DNA of 64,000 nucleotides from the NCBI GenBank assembly GCA_050010515.1, contig JBEKKX010000010.1, positions 1 through 64,000 of the forward strand, read 5' to 3'. Below, piece after piece: positions 10,615 to 20,222 of the stretch. The stretch comes from Candidatus Bathyarchaeia archaeon. Lineage in GTDB: Archaea; Thermoproteota; Bathyarchaeia; Bathyarchaeales; Bathycorpusculaceae. Position 1 is the first letter of the stretch. Each line of letters starts with the position of its first letter. The position numbers and the translations under genes are program-made. The notes under the pieces are model-generated. The model saw only the letters and a list, made by a program, of their open reading frames with translations. It made no database searches and was not told the DNA's origin.

Positions 10615-11667
10615 ATGGGCAGCGTAAAAGACCTCGAAGTAATCAAGAAACCAACTAGGCAAGCTATGGGCATAGGCAGATTCGTCTTTTCAGACCGCTA
10701 TAGCGTTTTTGACTGGGGAGAAATGCCTGATCACATTGACGGTAAAGGGGCTGCTCTGTGCCTTATGGGTGCTTACTGTTTTGAACAATTAGAGAAGAAA
10801 GGGGTTAAGACTCACTATAGAGGTTTAGTTGACTCAGATGGCGAAGTCGTCAAGTTTAGCGAGTTAAAGCAGCCCTCAAGCATCATGGAAGTCAGTTTAG
10901 TTAACGTTTACAAGCCACAAACAAGCGTAATTAACGGCAAAATCGTACATGACTACAGCATCTACACGCCTAACCTAAAAAACTGCCTGATTCCGCTTGA
11001 AATAATCTATAGAAACGGTTTGCCCGAAGGCTCATCAGTTTTCAAACGGCTCGAACAAGCAAAAATCACTCTGAAAGATTTAGGTTTAGACCATTATCCA
11101 AAGCCAGGCGAACAGTTAGCTAAGCCAATTTTTGACGTTAGCACCAAACTTGAAGAAACCGACCGCTACATCACATGGCAGGAAGCACAGAAAATCGCCG
11201 GCTTAACCGACGAAGAATTAGCCGACGTAAAAGCTGTCCTGCTTAAAGCGGATGAAACAATAACCAAAGTCGCCTCTAAAGCTGGGCTAAAAAACGAGGA
11301 TGGAAAAATCGAGTTAGCCTTCGACGAAGAAAGAAAACTCATGATAGTTGACGTGGTCGGTACCCTTGACGAGTGCAGATTCACCTACAGCGGTGTGCAT
11401 GTAAGCAAGGAAGTTGCCCGGCAATTCTACAAGAAAACAAGCTGGTACAATGATTTGGAGCAAGCGAAAAAAGCTGCTGAAGCCAAAGGCATACAAGACT
11501 GGAAGGCACTGTGCAAGTCGCCGCCTCCTAAACTTGACCTCAAGCTTAAAGCAATCATAAGTGAAATGTACATGGCAGCGGCAAACGAGATGACAGACCG
11601 TAAACTGTTTGCTGCTCCTAAACTTTCAGAGGTAATCGCGAAGTATAAACAATACATGAAGGAATAA
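10615..11667 (+). CDS. purC: SAICAR synthetase
   Basis: MGSVKD, FSDRYSVFDWG, PLEIIYRN, STKLEETD, DGKIE, DVVGTLDECR. Confidence 0.93.
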   Translation: MGSVKDLEVIKKPTRQAMGIGRFVFSDRYSVFDWGEMPDHIDGKGAALCLMGAYCFEQLEKKGVKTHYRGLVDSDGEVVKFSELKQPSSIMEVSLVNVYKPQTSVINGKIVHDYSIYTPNLKNCLIPLEIIYRNGLPEGSSVFKRLEQAKITLKDLGLDHYPKPGEQLAKPIFDVSTKLEETDRYITWQEAQKIAGLTDEELADVKAVLLKADETITKVASKAGLKNEDGKIELAFDEERKLMIVDVVGTLDECRFTYSGVHVSKEVARQFYKKTSWYNDLEQAKKAAEAKGIQDWKALCKSPPPKLDLKLKAIISEMYMAAANEMTDRKLFAAPKLSEVIAKYKQYMKE

Positions 11668-11669
11668 GC

Positions 11670-12767
11670 ATGTTAAGCGATAAAATTAAGCAAGTAATAA
11701 AAAAATACAATCCTGAAGAGATTCGCATAGGCGTTTTAGGTTCACACTCGGCGCTTGAGATTGCTTCAGGCGCAAAACAAGAAGGCTTAGAAACCGTAGT
11801 CGTATGCCAGAGGGGCAGAGAAAAAACCTACTCTAAATACTACCGAAACCTCTTTGACCATGTGATTATGCTGGATAAATTTTCGGAGATAACAAACGAG
11901 ATTAACGTTAAAAAGCTGGTTGATCTGAATACGGTTTTTGTTCCTAACCGCTCATTCTCAGTTTACGCTGGTTATGAGGCAATAGAGAACCAATTCACTG
12001 TGCCCTTGATGGGTAACCGAGCTATGCTACGGACTGAAGAGCGCAACACGCCGAGAAACCAGTTGTACCTGCTTCAGAAGGCTGGAATTGCAACGCCGAA
12101 AACCTTCGAGTCACCCAGCGAAATTGACCGCTTGGCAATCGTGAAAGTTCCCGAAAAAAAACGAGCAATTGAACGAGCCTTTTTCTATGCTTCTTCTCCT
12201 GAAGAGTACGTGAAAACATCGCAGAAACGCATAATGCAAGGCATAATAACGTGTGAAGCGCTGAAAAACTCGGTAATAGAGGAGTATGTTATCGGAGCAA
12301 AATTTAACGCTAACCTGTTTTGGTCACCATTAACCGACGAAATTGACCTCTTAGGCTTTGACAGGCGCATTCAAACAGACCTTGATGGAGTGCTGGATTT
12401 GCCAGCGATAGAACAGTTAGAGCTACACATTCCCACTCAAAACATTGAAATCGGCCACATGGGAGCCACCATGCGTGAGAGCCAAATAGAAAAAATCTTT
12501 GAGGCAGCAGAACGCTTTGTGGACGCCTGCAAAAAAGAGTACCCACCAGGAATGATAGGCTTATTTGCATTACAAGGTGCCGTAACGAAAGACTTGGTGT
12601 TCTATGTTTTCGACGTCAGCCCACGAGTCCCAGGGTGCCCATGTGTTGAGTCTACTTCGCCTTACATGAAGTACAAGTATGGTGTGGAAGTTGGTCCTGG
12701 CAGACGCGTGGCCATGGAAGTTAAACGTGCAGTTAAGGAAGGCAGGCTTGAGGAAGTGGTAACATGA
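11670..12767 (+). CDS. purP: PurP-like ATP-grasp ligase (copy 1)
   Basis: LGSHSALEI, PNRSF, DRRIQT, EIGH; lies in purine operon. Confidence 0.85.
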   Translation: MLSDKIKQVIKKYNPEEIRIGVLGSHSALEIASGAKQEGLETVVVCQRGREKTYSKYYRNLFDHVIMLDKFSEITNEINVKKLVDLNTVFVPNRSFSVYAGYEAIENQFTVPLMGNRAMLRTEERNTPRNQLYLLQKAGIATPKTFESPSEIDRLAIVKVPEKKRAIERAFFYASSPEEYVKTSQKRIMQGIITCEALKNSVIEEYVIGAKFNANLFWSPLTDEIDLLGFDRRIQTDLDGVLDLPAIEQLELHIPTQNIEIGHMGATMRESQIEKIFEAAERFVDACKKEYPPGMIGLFALQGAVTKDLVFYVFDVSPRVPGCPCVESTSPYMKYKYGVEVGPGRRVAMEVKRAVKEGRLEEVVT

Positions 12768-13849
12768 TAACCAGCACGGAAATCGCCAAAATAATCGAGA
12801 AATATGACCAGAAAAAGCTAGCCATCGGCACTTTAGGCTCCCACAGTTCACTGAACATTTTCAAGGGTGCCAAGGAAGAAGGCTTCCGCACAGTATGCGT
12901 CTGCAAAGAAAAAGACGCTATAATGTACAGGAAGTACCCGCTTGTTGACGAGCTAATCATCGTCAAAGACTTCACTGAACTCTTAAATGAGCAGTTGCAG
13001 GAAAGACTGCGCAAGCTAAACGTCATTTTGATTCCACACGGCTCATTCACCGCTTATTTGAGCACTGAAGAGTTAACTGACAGCCTTTTGGTGCCTATGT
13101 TTGGAAACCGTCAACTGCTCCATTGGGAAGCGAACCGCAAATCCCAGGAAGAATGGCTACGCCAAGCGGGACTACACTTGCCAGCAACATTCAAAACTCC
13201 TGAGGATATTGACCGCTTAGTCATCGCCAAACTGCCCGGAGCAAAGGGCGGAAGAGGATACTTCCTGGCTAATTCACCAAAGACGTTTCACAAGAAATTT
13301 AATGAGTTGGTGAAACGTGGCTTGCTTAAAGAAGCTGATTTAGGTGAGATTCACTTGCAAGAGTACGCAATGGGAGTGAACGTTTACCCAAGCTACTTCA
13401 GCTCAATCCTAAACGACGACGTGGAATTGCTTTGTGTTGATAGGCGTTATGAATCAGCCGTGGACTCCATTGGCAAAATTCCTGCAAGCGAACAGTTAGA
13501 GATAGATGTTAATCCCACATACACTGTAGTCGGCAACTTCCCCATCGTAATACGCGAATCGTTGCTGCCTGAACTGATGCGCATGGGCGATAGCGTACAT
13601 AAGAAAGCCCGAGAGCTCGCACCACCAGGAATCATAGGCCCATTCTGCCTGGAAACCGTAATAACTGACGATTTGAAAATTTTCACCTTCGAGATTTCCG
13701 CTCGCATCGTAGCCGGAACCAACGTTGGCATTGGCACTTCACCGTACGCTTACCTGAAGTACGGCGAAAACATGTACATGGGCAGACGTATAGCTATGGA
13801 AATAAAAGAGGCTAAAGAACAGAAAAGACTTCAGGACATTTTAGCTTAA
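12764..13849 (+). CDS. purP: Formate--AICAR ligase (copy 2)
   Basis: LGSHSSL, PHGSF, GAKGGRGYF, DRRYES, FEISARIVAGTN. Confidence 0.9.
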   Translation: MITSTEIAKIIEKYDQKKLAIGTLGSHSSLNIFKGAKEEGFRTVCVCKEKDAIMYRKYPLVDELIIVKDFTELLNEQLQERLRKLNVILIPHGSFTAYLSTEELTDSLLVPMFGNRQLLHWEANRKSQEEWLRQAGLHLPATFKTPEDIDRLVIAKLPGAKGGRGYFLANSPKTFHKKFNELVKRGLLKEADLGEIHLQEYAMGVNVYPSYFSSILNDDVELLCVDRRYESAVDSIGKIPASEQLEIDVNPTYTVVGNFPIVIRESLLPELMRMGDSVHKKARELAPPGIIGPFCLETVITDDLKIFTFEISARIVAGTNVGIGTSPYAYLKYGENMYMGRRIAMEIKEAKEQKRLQDILA

Positions 13850-13890
13850 CTAAATGCTTAGAAATTATCAGTACCATTTTATAAAAGTGG

Positions 13891-14103
13891 TTAAAGTGTG
13901 GTTATGTCTGTGATTTCTACGGCGGCTATTTTGCCTTTTTTGTCATAGTGAATTATTGTTTTTCCGTCGTTTGTTGGTTCGCCTTCAGTTGCGTCAGCGT
14001 TTTTGAATCGTATGTAGAGGTCGCCTATGTCTTCGTCATAGTCTATAGTTGTTACTGTTCTCGGCAGCTTCAAGCAGTATTTCGCTTCAACTTGTTCAAG
14101 CAC
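13891..14103 (-). CDS. DUF2283-type small acidic protein (putative antitoxin)
   Basis: DYDEDIGDLYIRF...IIHYDKKGKIAAVEI. Confidence 0.75.
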   Translation of the reverse strand: MLEQVEAKYCLKLPRTVTTIDYDEDIGDLYIRFKNADATEGEPTNDGKTIIHYDKKGKIAAVEITDITTL

Positions 14104-14120
14104 TTTTCGGGCATCAATGT

Positions 14121-14429
14121 CTAGGAGGGTTTTAGCTTTCTGAATGCCTTATACCTCCTCGTTTTTCTTATGGTACTCGTATAGTATGCGGTTCTTATAT
14201 AGCCTTCATCATTAACGCTGTAAATTACAACGAGAAAATCAGAAAGACCACTCACACGTTTTAAAGCATGAAAAGCACCCGTAGGATCAACATACACCTC
14301 ATCAGGATGAGCAACAACCTCTAAAATCAACTCAGCCGTATTCTTCAACTCAGGATGCCTCAAAACAATATGGCGCCAACGCTCATGCCTCAGTACAACC
14401 TTTGTTCCATCGAAAGCAATACTGCTCAT
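14121..14429 (-). CDS. Small RelE/barnase-like fold protein (putative toxin)
   Basis: ERWRHIVLRHPEL..PDEVY..FLVVIY..GYIRTAY; upstream of DUF2283 gene. Confidence 0.6.
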   Translation of the reverse strand: MSSIAFDGTKVVLRHERWRHIVLRHPELKNTAELILEVVAHPDEVYVDPTGAFHALKRVSGLSDFLVVIYSVNDEGYIRTAYYTSTIRKTRRYKAFRKLKPS

Positions 14430-14483
14430 TCGAACGCCTTGAAAGCATTTAACGCTCTAAATATTTAAAACTACTAGATTAAG

Positions 14484-15251
14484 CTAAGAAAGGCAAACCT
14501 CAAGCAAGCCCTCAAAGTTGCTTCTAATTCTGTTTTTCTTGTAAGCCTTCAATGCGTCAATCAATTCCAATCGATTCCTTTCTCCAAAAATTTCAGCCAA
14601 AACCTTCGATGCAGTGCTGTTGCCTGCAAAAAGATACTGGCAAACCGCCGTAACATTCGCCACTCTCCGCTCCACGCTGGCGGTTTCAAAATCTACAATG
14701 AAGGGTTTCTCAGTCTTGTCCACAAGCAAGTGTTTAGGTGCTTTGCTGAGTTCACCGTGGTCCAAGCCGACTTGGTCCAGTCTGAAGCACTGTTCTAAGA
14801 CTTCCCCCAAAACTTGCTTCACCGCTGCTGCATCTTTGTTTGTTTCCAGCCAATTGGGAAGTAGGCTGCCGTCAATCAGTTGCATGAGAAGAAAGTTTTT
14901 GCTTGCTGTCATCAGTTTCGGAGCCACGTTTACCGAGTTCGCTTTGGACAACATAAGCGCTTCATGAAGCAGGTCGGCTCGGTCTGCGTCTGCCCTGCGG
15001 ATTTTGACAGCCACTCTCTTCCCGTTTACGTGCACGATTACTACGATGCCGACAAAGCCCTTGCCCAAGACTGGAACCGCAACGCCGAAGAGGCTAGCTG
15101 TCCCCGAAAACTCAAGAGCCGTGACGCCGTGGCTGCGCAGTTCTTTGAGGCGACTTTGCAGTTCCGTTTCGCTGGGATTTGGGAAGCACAGGACCGAAGC
15201 ATAAGGTTCTTGGATCAGTTGGTCAACTGGGACGATTATGGGCTTTTTCAC
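14484..15251 (-). CDS. Atypical (RIO/Bud32-related) Ser/Thr kinase
   Basis: LGKGFVGIV, VAVKIRR, DHGELS, IVDFETAS. Confidence 0.82.
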   Translation of the reverse strand: MKKPIIVPVDQLIQEPYASVLCFPNPSETELQSRLKELRSHGVTALEFSGTASLFGVAVPVLGKGFVGIVVIVHVNGKRVAVKIRRADADRADLLHEALMLSKANSVNVAPKLMTASKNFLLMQLIDGSLLPNWLETNKDAAAVKQVLGEVLEQCFRLDQVGLDHGELSKAPKHLLVDKTEKPFIVDFETASVERRVANVTAVCQYLFAGNSTASKVLAEIFGERNRLELIDALKAYKKNRIRSNFEGLLEVCLS

Positions 15252-15494
15252 CTGTCGGTTCCTTCTAGGTTATGATTACTACGTCGGCGAGATTATAAAT
15301 TTAATATTAGGCACAAGAAGAGTCGTCCATTGAAACTTTGATTAATGAAGAGGCATCGCTGTTAACGGGCTATTTACGGAACGAAAAGAAAACTTCCTCC
15401 CAAGAATCGGAATTACAATATAAACTCTTATCCCCATCAATTTTTGAATATGTTGTGCGAATGCACTATAAGCCGCGAAGCGTGTATAACGGAG

Positions 15495-15692
15495 ATGGAA
15501 CCTAATCAGCAGAGGAGCCAAATCAAAGCGGGTATCCGCGTAAGAATCGTCTTGAAGCAAGACCAGCGGAGCGGCAAATTAACTGAGGGTGTTGTGAAGG
15601 ATATCCTCACCAACAGCTCAACTCATCCTCACGGAATCAAGGTACGACTTACAGACGGCAAAGTCGGCAGAGTACAATCAATAATAAAATAA
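15495..15692 (+). CDS. YwbE family protein
   Basis: IVLKQDQRSGKLTEGVVKDILTNSSTHPHGIKVRL..GKVGRVQ. Confidence 0.88.
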   Translation: MEPNQQRSQIKAGIRVRIVLKQDQRSGKLTEGVVKDILTNSSTHPHGIKVRLTDGKVGRVQSIIK

Positions 15693-15755
15693 TGCAGCAG
15701 CATGGCTGAGTTGCGCGCAAAAATACTGGAAACGAGCCTTAAGTAAAACATCTGG

Positions 15756-15785
15756 TTAGGTCAAAACAGATTTTTTTTGACCTAA
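15756..15785. terminator. 11-bp inverted repeat (probable terminator hairpin)
   Basis: TTAGGTCAAAA-N8-TTTTGACCTAA downstream of ywbE-like gene. Confidence 0.4.
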
Positions 15786-16225
15786 AACTTCCTTAACAAC
15801 CTGTAAAACCAGTATTTGTCTTCCGAGTCAACATTAATCGGAGTTGTCTCGGGAACATCAAAGTTTTTGGTGGGGCATCAACTGACATATTCCTTTTGTT
15901 TGTATTTGGTTTCTGTCGCGTTGAGTACTAAAGCTGCTTCAAATATTATTGCATCGACGGTGTCAAAGGCTGGTTTCACAGCAACTCTTATTTGAGTCAA
16001 ATTTCAAGTCACCAATCACCAAGCCAGCTTACCCGCGAGCTTGCTAAAATTCAACGTAAAGAGATATCGCGGTTCTTCTGGATCGTTACTTTACCCTTTC
16101 TCAAGATTGTTAATATTCCTTTGTGGTTTCATAAGCACACCAACAAAAAAGATGGGGCGGTTTGGGTTTGGGGTTATAAATTTAATAGGGCGACGACATT
16201 ATTGGGATTCTGTTTGGTATTAGCT

Positions 16226-18358
16226 ATGCCGAGATTCAAGCAGTTAGCGCAGATTCAACAGCTCATGAGCAGAAAAGAGCTTATCAGAAACATAGGCATA
16301 ATCGCCCATATTGACCATGGCAAAACAACGCTTGCCGATTCCTTGTTGGCAGGGGCAGGTTTATTGTCGCCTGTAATGGCTGGTTCCGCGCGAGTGCTTG
16401 ATTATCTTGAGGAAGAACAAAAACGCAAGATTACCATAAAAACAGCCAACATCAGCTTGCTGTACAAAACCGCAGGCAATCCTTACATTATCAACCTTGT
16501 GGACACTCCTGGGCATGTGGATTTCACAGGCAAAGTCACCAGAGCCCTGCGGGTTATTGATGGTGCAGTGGTGATTGTGGATGCTGTGGAGGAGATTATG
16601 GCCCAGACCGAAATTGTCACTCGGCAAGCGCTTGAGGAACGGGTCAGGCCTGTGCTTTTCATCAATAAGGTTGACCGCTTAATTACTGAGTTGCAACTGA
16701 ACGAGGAGCAAATCCAAAAGAAACTAGACCACATAATCAGCAGTTTCAATGACCTCATAGAACTCTACTGCGAAGAACCCTTCAAAAACCAATGGAAAAT
16801 TGATGCTTCATTGGGCAATGTGGCTTTTGGAGCAGCGCTGCATGGTTGGGGCTTCACCTTAAACACGGCAAAGGAGAAGGGCATAAAGTTTTCAGACATC
16901 ATAGAAGCCTACATGAAAGGCGAAGATAAAAAGCTGGGGAAAACGTTGCCTGTTTACGAAGCAGTTTTTGAGATGGCAATCAAGAAACTTCCAAATCCAA
17001 GGGAAGCGCAATTGTATAGGCTAGAGAAGATTTGGGACGGGCATGTTGACTCACCGATTGGGCAGGCATTAGTTGAATGTAGCGATGATGGACCAACTGT
17101 TTTCTGCGTAGCCAACGTGCATTCTGACTCAAACGGCGGCACAGTTGCCATAGGAAGGTTGTTTTCTGGCAAAGTTCAGAAGGGTGATAGGCTGCATCTT
17201 GTAGATGCTTTAGCTGAAACAGTGGTTAACCAGGTCGCTATTGATATGGGCTCATTCAGAGAAGAAGTCAGCTGGGTTCCAGCGGGTAACTTAGCATCTT
17301 TAACTCTGACAGGTGAGGTTAAGGCTGGCGAAACCCTCGTTGACCTTGCGCATAAAGCCGACATGGTTCCTTTTGAAGAGATAAGCTACGTTTCAGAAGC
17401 CGTGGTAACCTTGGCAATTGAACCAAAAAAACCCAAGGATACCCCAGTTTTGCTTGAGGGACTGGAGAAGCTTGCAAGTGAAGACCCAAATCTTAAAGTG
17501 GTGGCGGATAGGGAAACTGGCGAGTACCTGCTAAGCGGGATGGGCGAGTTGCATCTAGAAGTCGCTATCAACCAGCTAAAAAGTTCCAGCGGCTTAGAGG
17601 TTAGGGTTTCTTCGCCCAGAGTTGTTTACATGGAAAGCGTTGAGAAAAAAGGAATTGTTGCTTTAGCGAAGAGTCCAAATAAACTGAATAGCTTTTGCGT
17701 GCAGGTTGAGCCCGACCAAGAGGAACAAGCAAAATCACCTGTGGATGAAGCGTCAGGCGGTATTCTTTCAGTTGATGAGCATCGAAACGTGCTTTTAGAT
17801 TGCAGTGGAAAAACTCAGCAAGTTCCTGAAGAGGTTCTGGAGGCTATTATTGCTGGCTTTGAGTTTGCTTGCAAAGCGGGACCGCTGTGTGGTGAACCAG
17901 TGCGGCATTTGAAAGTTAACTTGGTCGATTTCCAACTAAGCGGCAGCGAGGAATTTAGTTCTGTTGAAGTTATGCGTGGAGTAGGCAAGGCGGTCTTTGG
18001 TTCTTTCTTGACAGCGCAGCCAGTTCTGCTAGAGCCTATTTACAAAATAATTATCACTGTTGCATTCGAATTAGCAGGCGAATCCTCAAGAATGCTAAGC
18101 AGCAGGCGCGGAAAAGTCACTTTGTTTGAACAGAAAGGGCTTCTAACAAGTATCAGCGGCTTTATCCCAGTCGCTGAAACCTTCGGCTTCTCAAAAGAAC
18201 TTCGGTCGGCCACTTCGGGCAGAGCTTTTTGGCAAATGTTTTTTGATCACTGGGAAAAAATGCCTCAAAAACTAGCTTTGCAGGTTATAAGTGATTTGCG
18301 CCAGCGTAAAGGTCTCTTGCCAGAGGTGCCTAAGCCAGAAAAGTTCATGGAGCAGTAG
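16226..18358 (+). CDS. Elongation factor 2 paralogue (aEF-2p), translational GTPase
   Basis: AHIDHGKTT, RKITI, DTPGHVDF, NKVD, GMGELHLE, LRSATSG; HRG diphthamide loop absent; probable ATG at 16226. Confidence 0.88.
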   Translation: MPRFKQLAQIQQLMSRKELIRNIGIIAHIDHGKTTLADSLLAGAGLLSPVMAGSARVLDYLEEEQKRKITIKTANISLLYKTAGNPYIINLVDTPGHVDFTGKVTRALRVIDGAVVIVDAVEEIMAQTEIVTRQALEERVRPVLFINKVDRLITELQLNEEQIQKKLDHIISSFNDLIELYCEEPFKNQWKIDASLGNVAFGAALHGWGFTLNTAKEKGIKFSDIIEAYMKGEDKKLGKTLPVYEAVFEMAIKKLPNPREAQLYRLEKIWDGHVDSPIGQALVECSDDGPTVFCVANVHSDSNGGTVAIGRLFSGKVQKGDRLHLVDALAETVVNQVAIDMGSFREEVSWVPAGNLASLTLTGEVKAGETLVDLAHKADMVPFEEISYVSEAVVTLAIEPKKPKDTPVLLEGLEKLASEDPNLKVVADRETGEYLLSGMGELHLEVAINQLKSSSGLEVRVSSPRVVYMESVEKKGIVALAKSPNKLNSFCVQVEPDQEEQAKSPVDEASGGILSVDEHRNVLLDCSGKTQQVPEEVLEAIIAGFEFACKAGPLCGEPVRHLKVNLVDFQLSGSEEFSSVEVMRGVGKAVFGSFLTAQPVLLEPIYKIIITVAFELAGESSRMLSSRRGKVTLFEQKGLLTSISGFIPVAETFGFSKELRSATSGRAFWQMFFDHWEKMPQKLALQVISDLRQRKGLLPEVPKPEKFMEQ

Positions 18359-18362
18359 TGCG

Positions 18363-19223
18363 ATGCGGCTGGATGTTGCGTTTGATTTGGATTTTTCGCT
18401 TTGTTGCGGGCAGGTTTTCAGGTGGAAAAAAATTGGTGAGTGGTGGTATTGTGTTGTCGGGGAAAACGTGTTTAAGATTCGCCAATGTGGCGCTGAATTG
18501 GAGTTTGACGGCGTCAGCGGCGAGTTTGTGAGATGTTATTTTGGTTTAAATGACGATTTACAACAAATCAGCCGTTGCATTGGCAGGGATGATTACGTTA
18601 GGCAGGCTTTGCGCAGGTTTGAAGGACTGCGGATTGTTCGTCAGCTGCCTTGGGAGTGCCTTATCAGTTTTATCTGTGCAACCTACAAGAGCATAGCAGC
18701 AATCGAACTTATGCTAAGTAAGCTCTCCAGAAAGTTTGGGGAAAAGGAGACCTTTGACGGATTGGACTTTTACACTTTCCCTACTGCTGGTAAACTGGCT
18801 TTGGCAAGCGAGAAGGGGTTGCGCGAGTGCGGTTTAGGTTATAGAGCAAAGTATGTGCAGGCAACAGCCAAAAAAATCTACGAAGAAAAAATTGAATTTG
18901 AAAGCTTGAAAAGCCTGCCCTATCTGGAAGCTAGAGAAAAGCTTATCGAGTTTCCAGGGGTTGGCTTGAAAGTGGCTGATTGCGTGCTGCTGTTTTCGCT
19001 TGAAAAACTGGAAGCTTTCCCAGTGGACATTTGGGTTAAACGTGTAATCCTAAATCATTACGCAAGTCAGTTTCCAGAAGCGCTCGTAAAAAAACTTTCA
19101 ACCCAAGAATCCTTAAGCAACAGTGAATACGAAAAGCTTAACGCTTTCGGCAGAAGCTACTTTGGAAAATACGCAGGTTACGCTCAGGAATACCTATACC
19201 ACTACGAAAGGACACAGCGTTGA
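18363..19223 (+). CDS. 8-oxoguanine DNA glycosylase (OGG1-type, HhH-GPD)
   Basis: CGQVFRW, WECLISFI, GLGYRAKY, PGVGLKVADCVLLF..AFPVD, GYAQEYLY. Confidence 0.9.
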   Translation: MRLDVAFDLDFSLCCGQVFRWKKIGEWWYCVVGENVFKIRQCGAELEFDGVSGEFVRCYFGLNDDLQQISRCIGRDDYVRQALRRFEGLRIVRQLPWECLISFICATYKSIAAIELMLSKLSRKFGEKETFDGLDFYTFPTAGKLALASEKGLRECGLGYRAKYVQATAKKIYEEKIEFESLKSLPYLEAREKLIEFPGVGLKVADCVLLFSLEKLEAFPVDIWVKRVILNHYASQFPEALVKKLSTQESLSNSEYEKLNAFGRSYFGKYAGYAQEYLYHYERTQR

Positions 19224-19301
19224 ACCGTCAGGTTGATTAGCGAAAATGCGGAAAATGTTTAAATCTGCTATGAAACAGCAATAATAAGAGAATAGCGTAG
19301 T

Positions 19302-19399
19302 GGACCCGTAGCTCAGTCCGGTTAGAGCGCCAGGCTCATAAGCGCCCTGACGGGTGCCGAGAAACCTGTTGATCGCCGGTCCGAATCCGGCCGGGTCCA
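19302..19399 (+). tRNA. tRNA with CAU anticodon (likely Ile2, possibly Met), 23-nt intron at 37/38 (19341-19363)
   Basis: Acceptor GGACCCG/CGGGTCC-A, D arm GCTC/GAGC, anticodon loop CT-CAT-A|A, T arm GCCGG/CCGGC; intron hairpin gcgccc/gggtgc. Confidence 0.88.
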
Positions 19400-19434
19400 C
19401 TGCAATTAAATACTCATGTAGAGAGCTATTGTGC

Positions 19435-19968
19435 ATGGCTGAAGCTAACTCTGGACAAACAAATCCCGTTTACCAGATGGCTAATTTTGTCAAAGAGCAT
19501 CAATTGTCAATCGGCTTGCTGCTGACTTTTTTTGGAGTAGCTGACTTATGGTTTGTTATGCCAAATATGTATGCTGTTTTACTTGATTGGCATGTTAGTG
19601 GGCCAGTTTTCAGTTTTTATATGCCCGAATGGGTTTTTACTATTCCCATCCTTCTAATTATTAGCCTGATTGGAACCTTAATGTTATGCGTGTATAGTAT
19701 AAGAGACATACGACCTGAAAGCGTTGACAATAAAGAACACGCTGCAATACTGGTAACAGCACTCGGATTCACCTATCAAGTGATTGGGGCGTGGCCTCTT
19801 TGGAATCAACCATACTCATGGCCATGGCAGGCAGAAATCGCAACCTACGGGAATTTGCTTGTATTTCCGCTTTTTATCGGTAGCCTCTTAGCGCTAATAA
19901 TCGGAGCCTCCTCATTGTACATTCACAGCAAAATATACCGCGAAAAACACCCTGAAATTTTGTCTTAA
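19435..19968 (+). CDS. Multi-pass membrane hypothetical protein
   Basis: About four hydrophobic helices; start placed after the tRNA. Confidence 0.7.
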   Translation: MAEANSGQTNPVYQMANFVKEHQLSIGLLLTFFGVADLWFVMPNMYAVLLDWHVSGPVFSFYMPEWVFTIPILLIISLIGTLMLCVYSIRDIRPESVDNKEHAAILVTALGFTYQVIGAWPLWNQPYSWPWQAEIATYGNLLVFPLFIGSLLALIIGASSLYIHSKIYREKHPEILS

Positions 19969-20222
19969 AAATATCATTTTAACCAATAGATGGTTTAGTT
20001 GTTAAGAGTTCAAGCTGCTCTTTTTAGACGTGATTTCACCAGTCAAATAGCAATACCCTATCTTGGTAAAAGCAAACGCTAAAAATCTAGTGAAGCAGAG
20101 AAAACGGTGGTGCAGGCGACATGCCTCCGAATGGCATGAGGATAAGGTTGTGGAAAATTGGCTTCTACTAACGGGCTAAAATACCTTATTTTTTATTATA
20201 AGCCTAAAAATGAAAATGTAGT

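Noticed and set aside
15756-15785. Xer/dif recombination site
   Set aside because: Spacer is 8 bp rather than 6, and the position after a stop codon fits a terminator
15992-16225. 78-aa N-terminal extension of the EF-2 paralogue
   Set aside because: EF-2 homology begins at MPRFK (16226); the upstream part contains a TTATAAA promoter-like box
19354-19434. N-terminal extension of ORF 19354-19968, and antisense ORF 19194-19436
   Set aside because: Both overlap the tRNA gene
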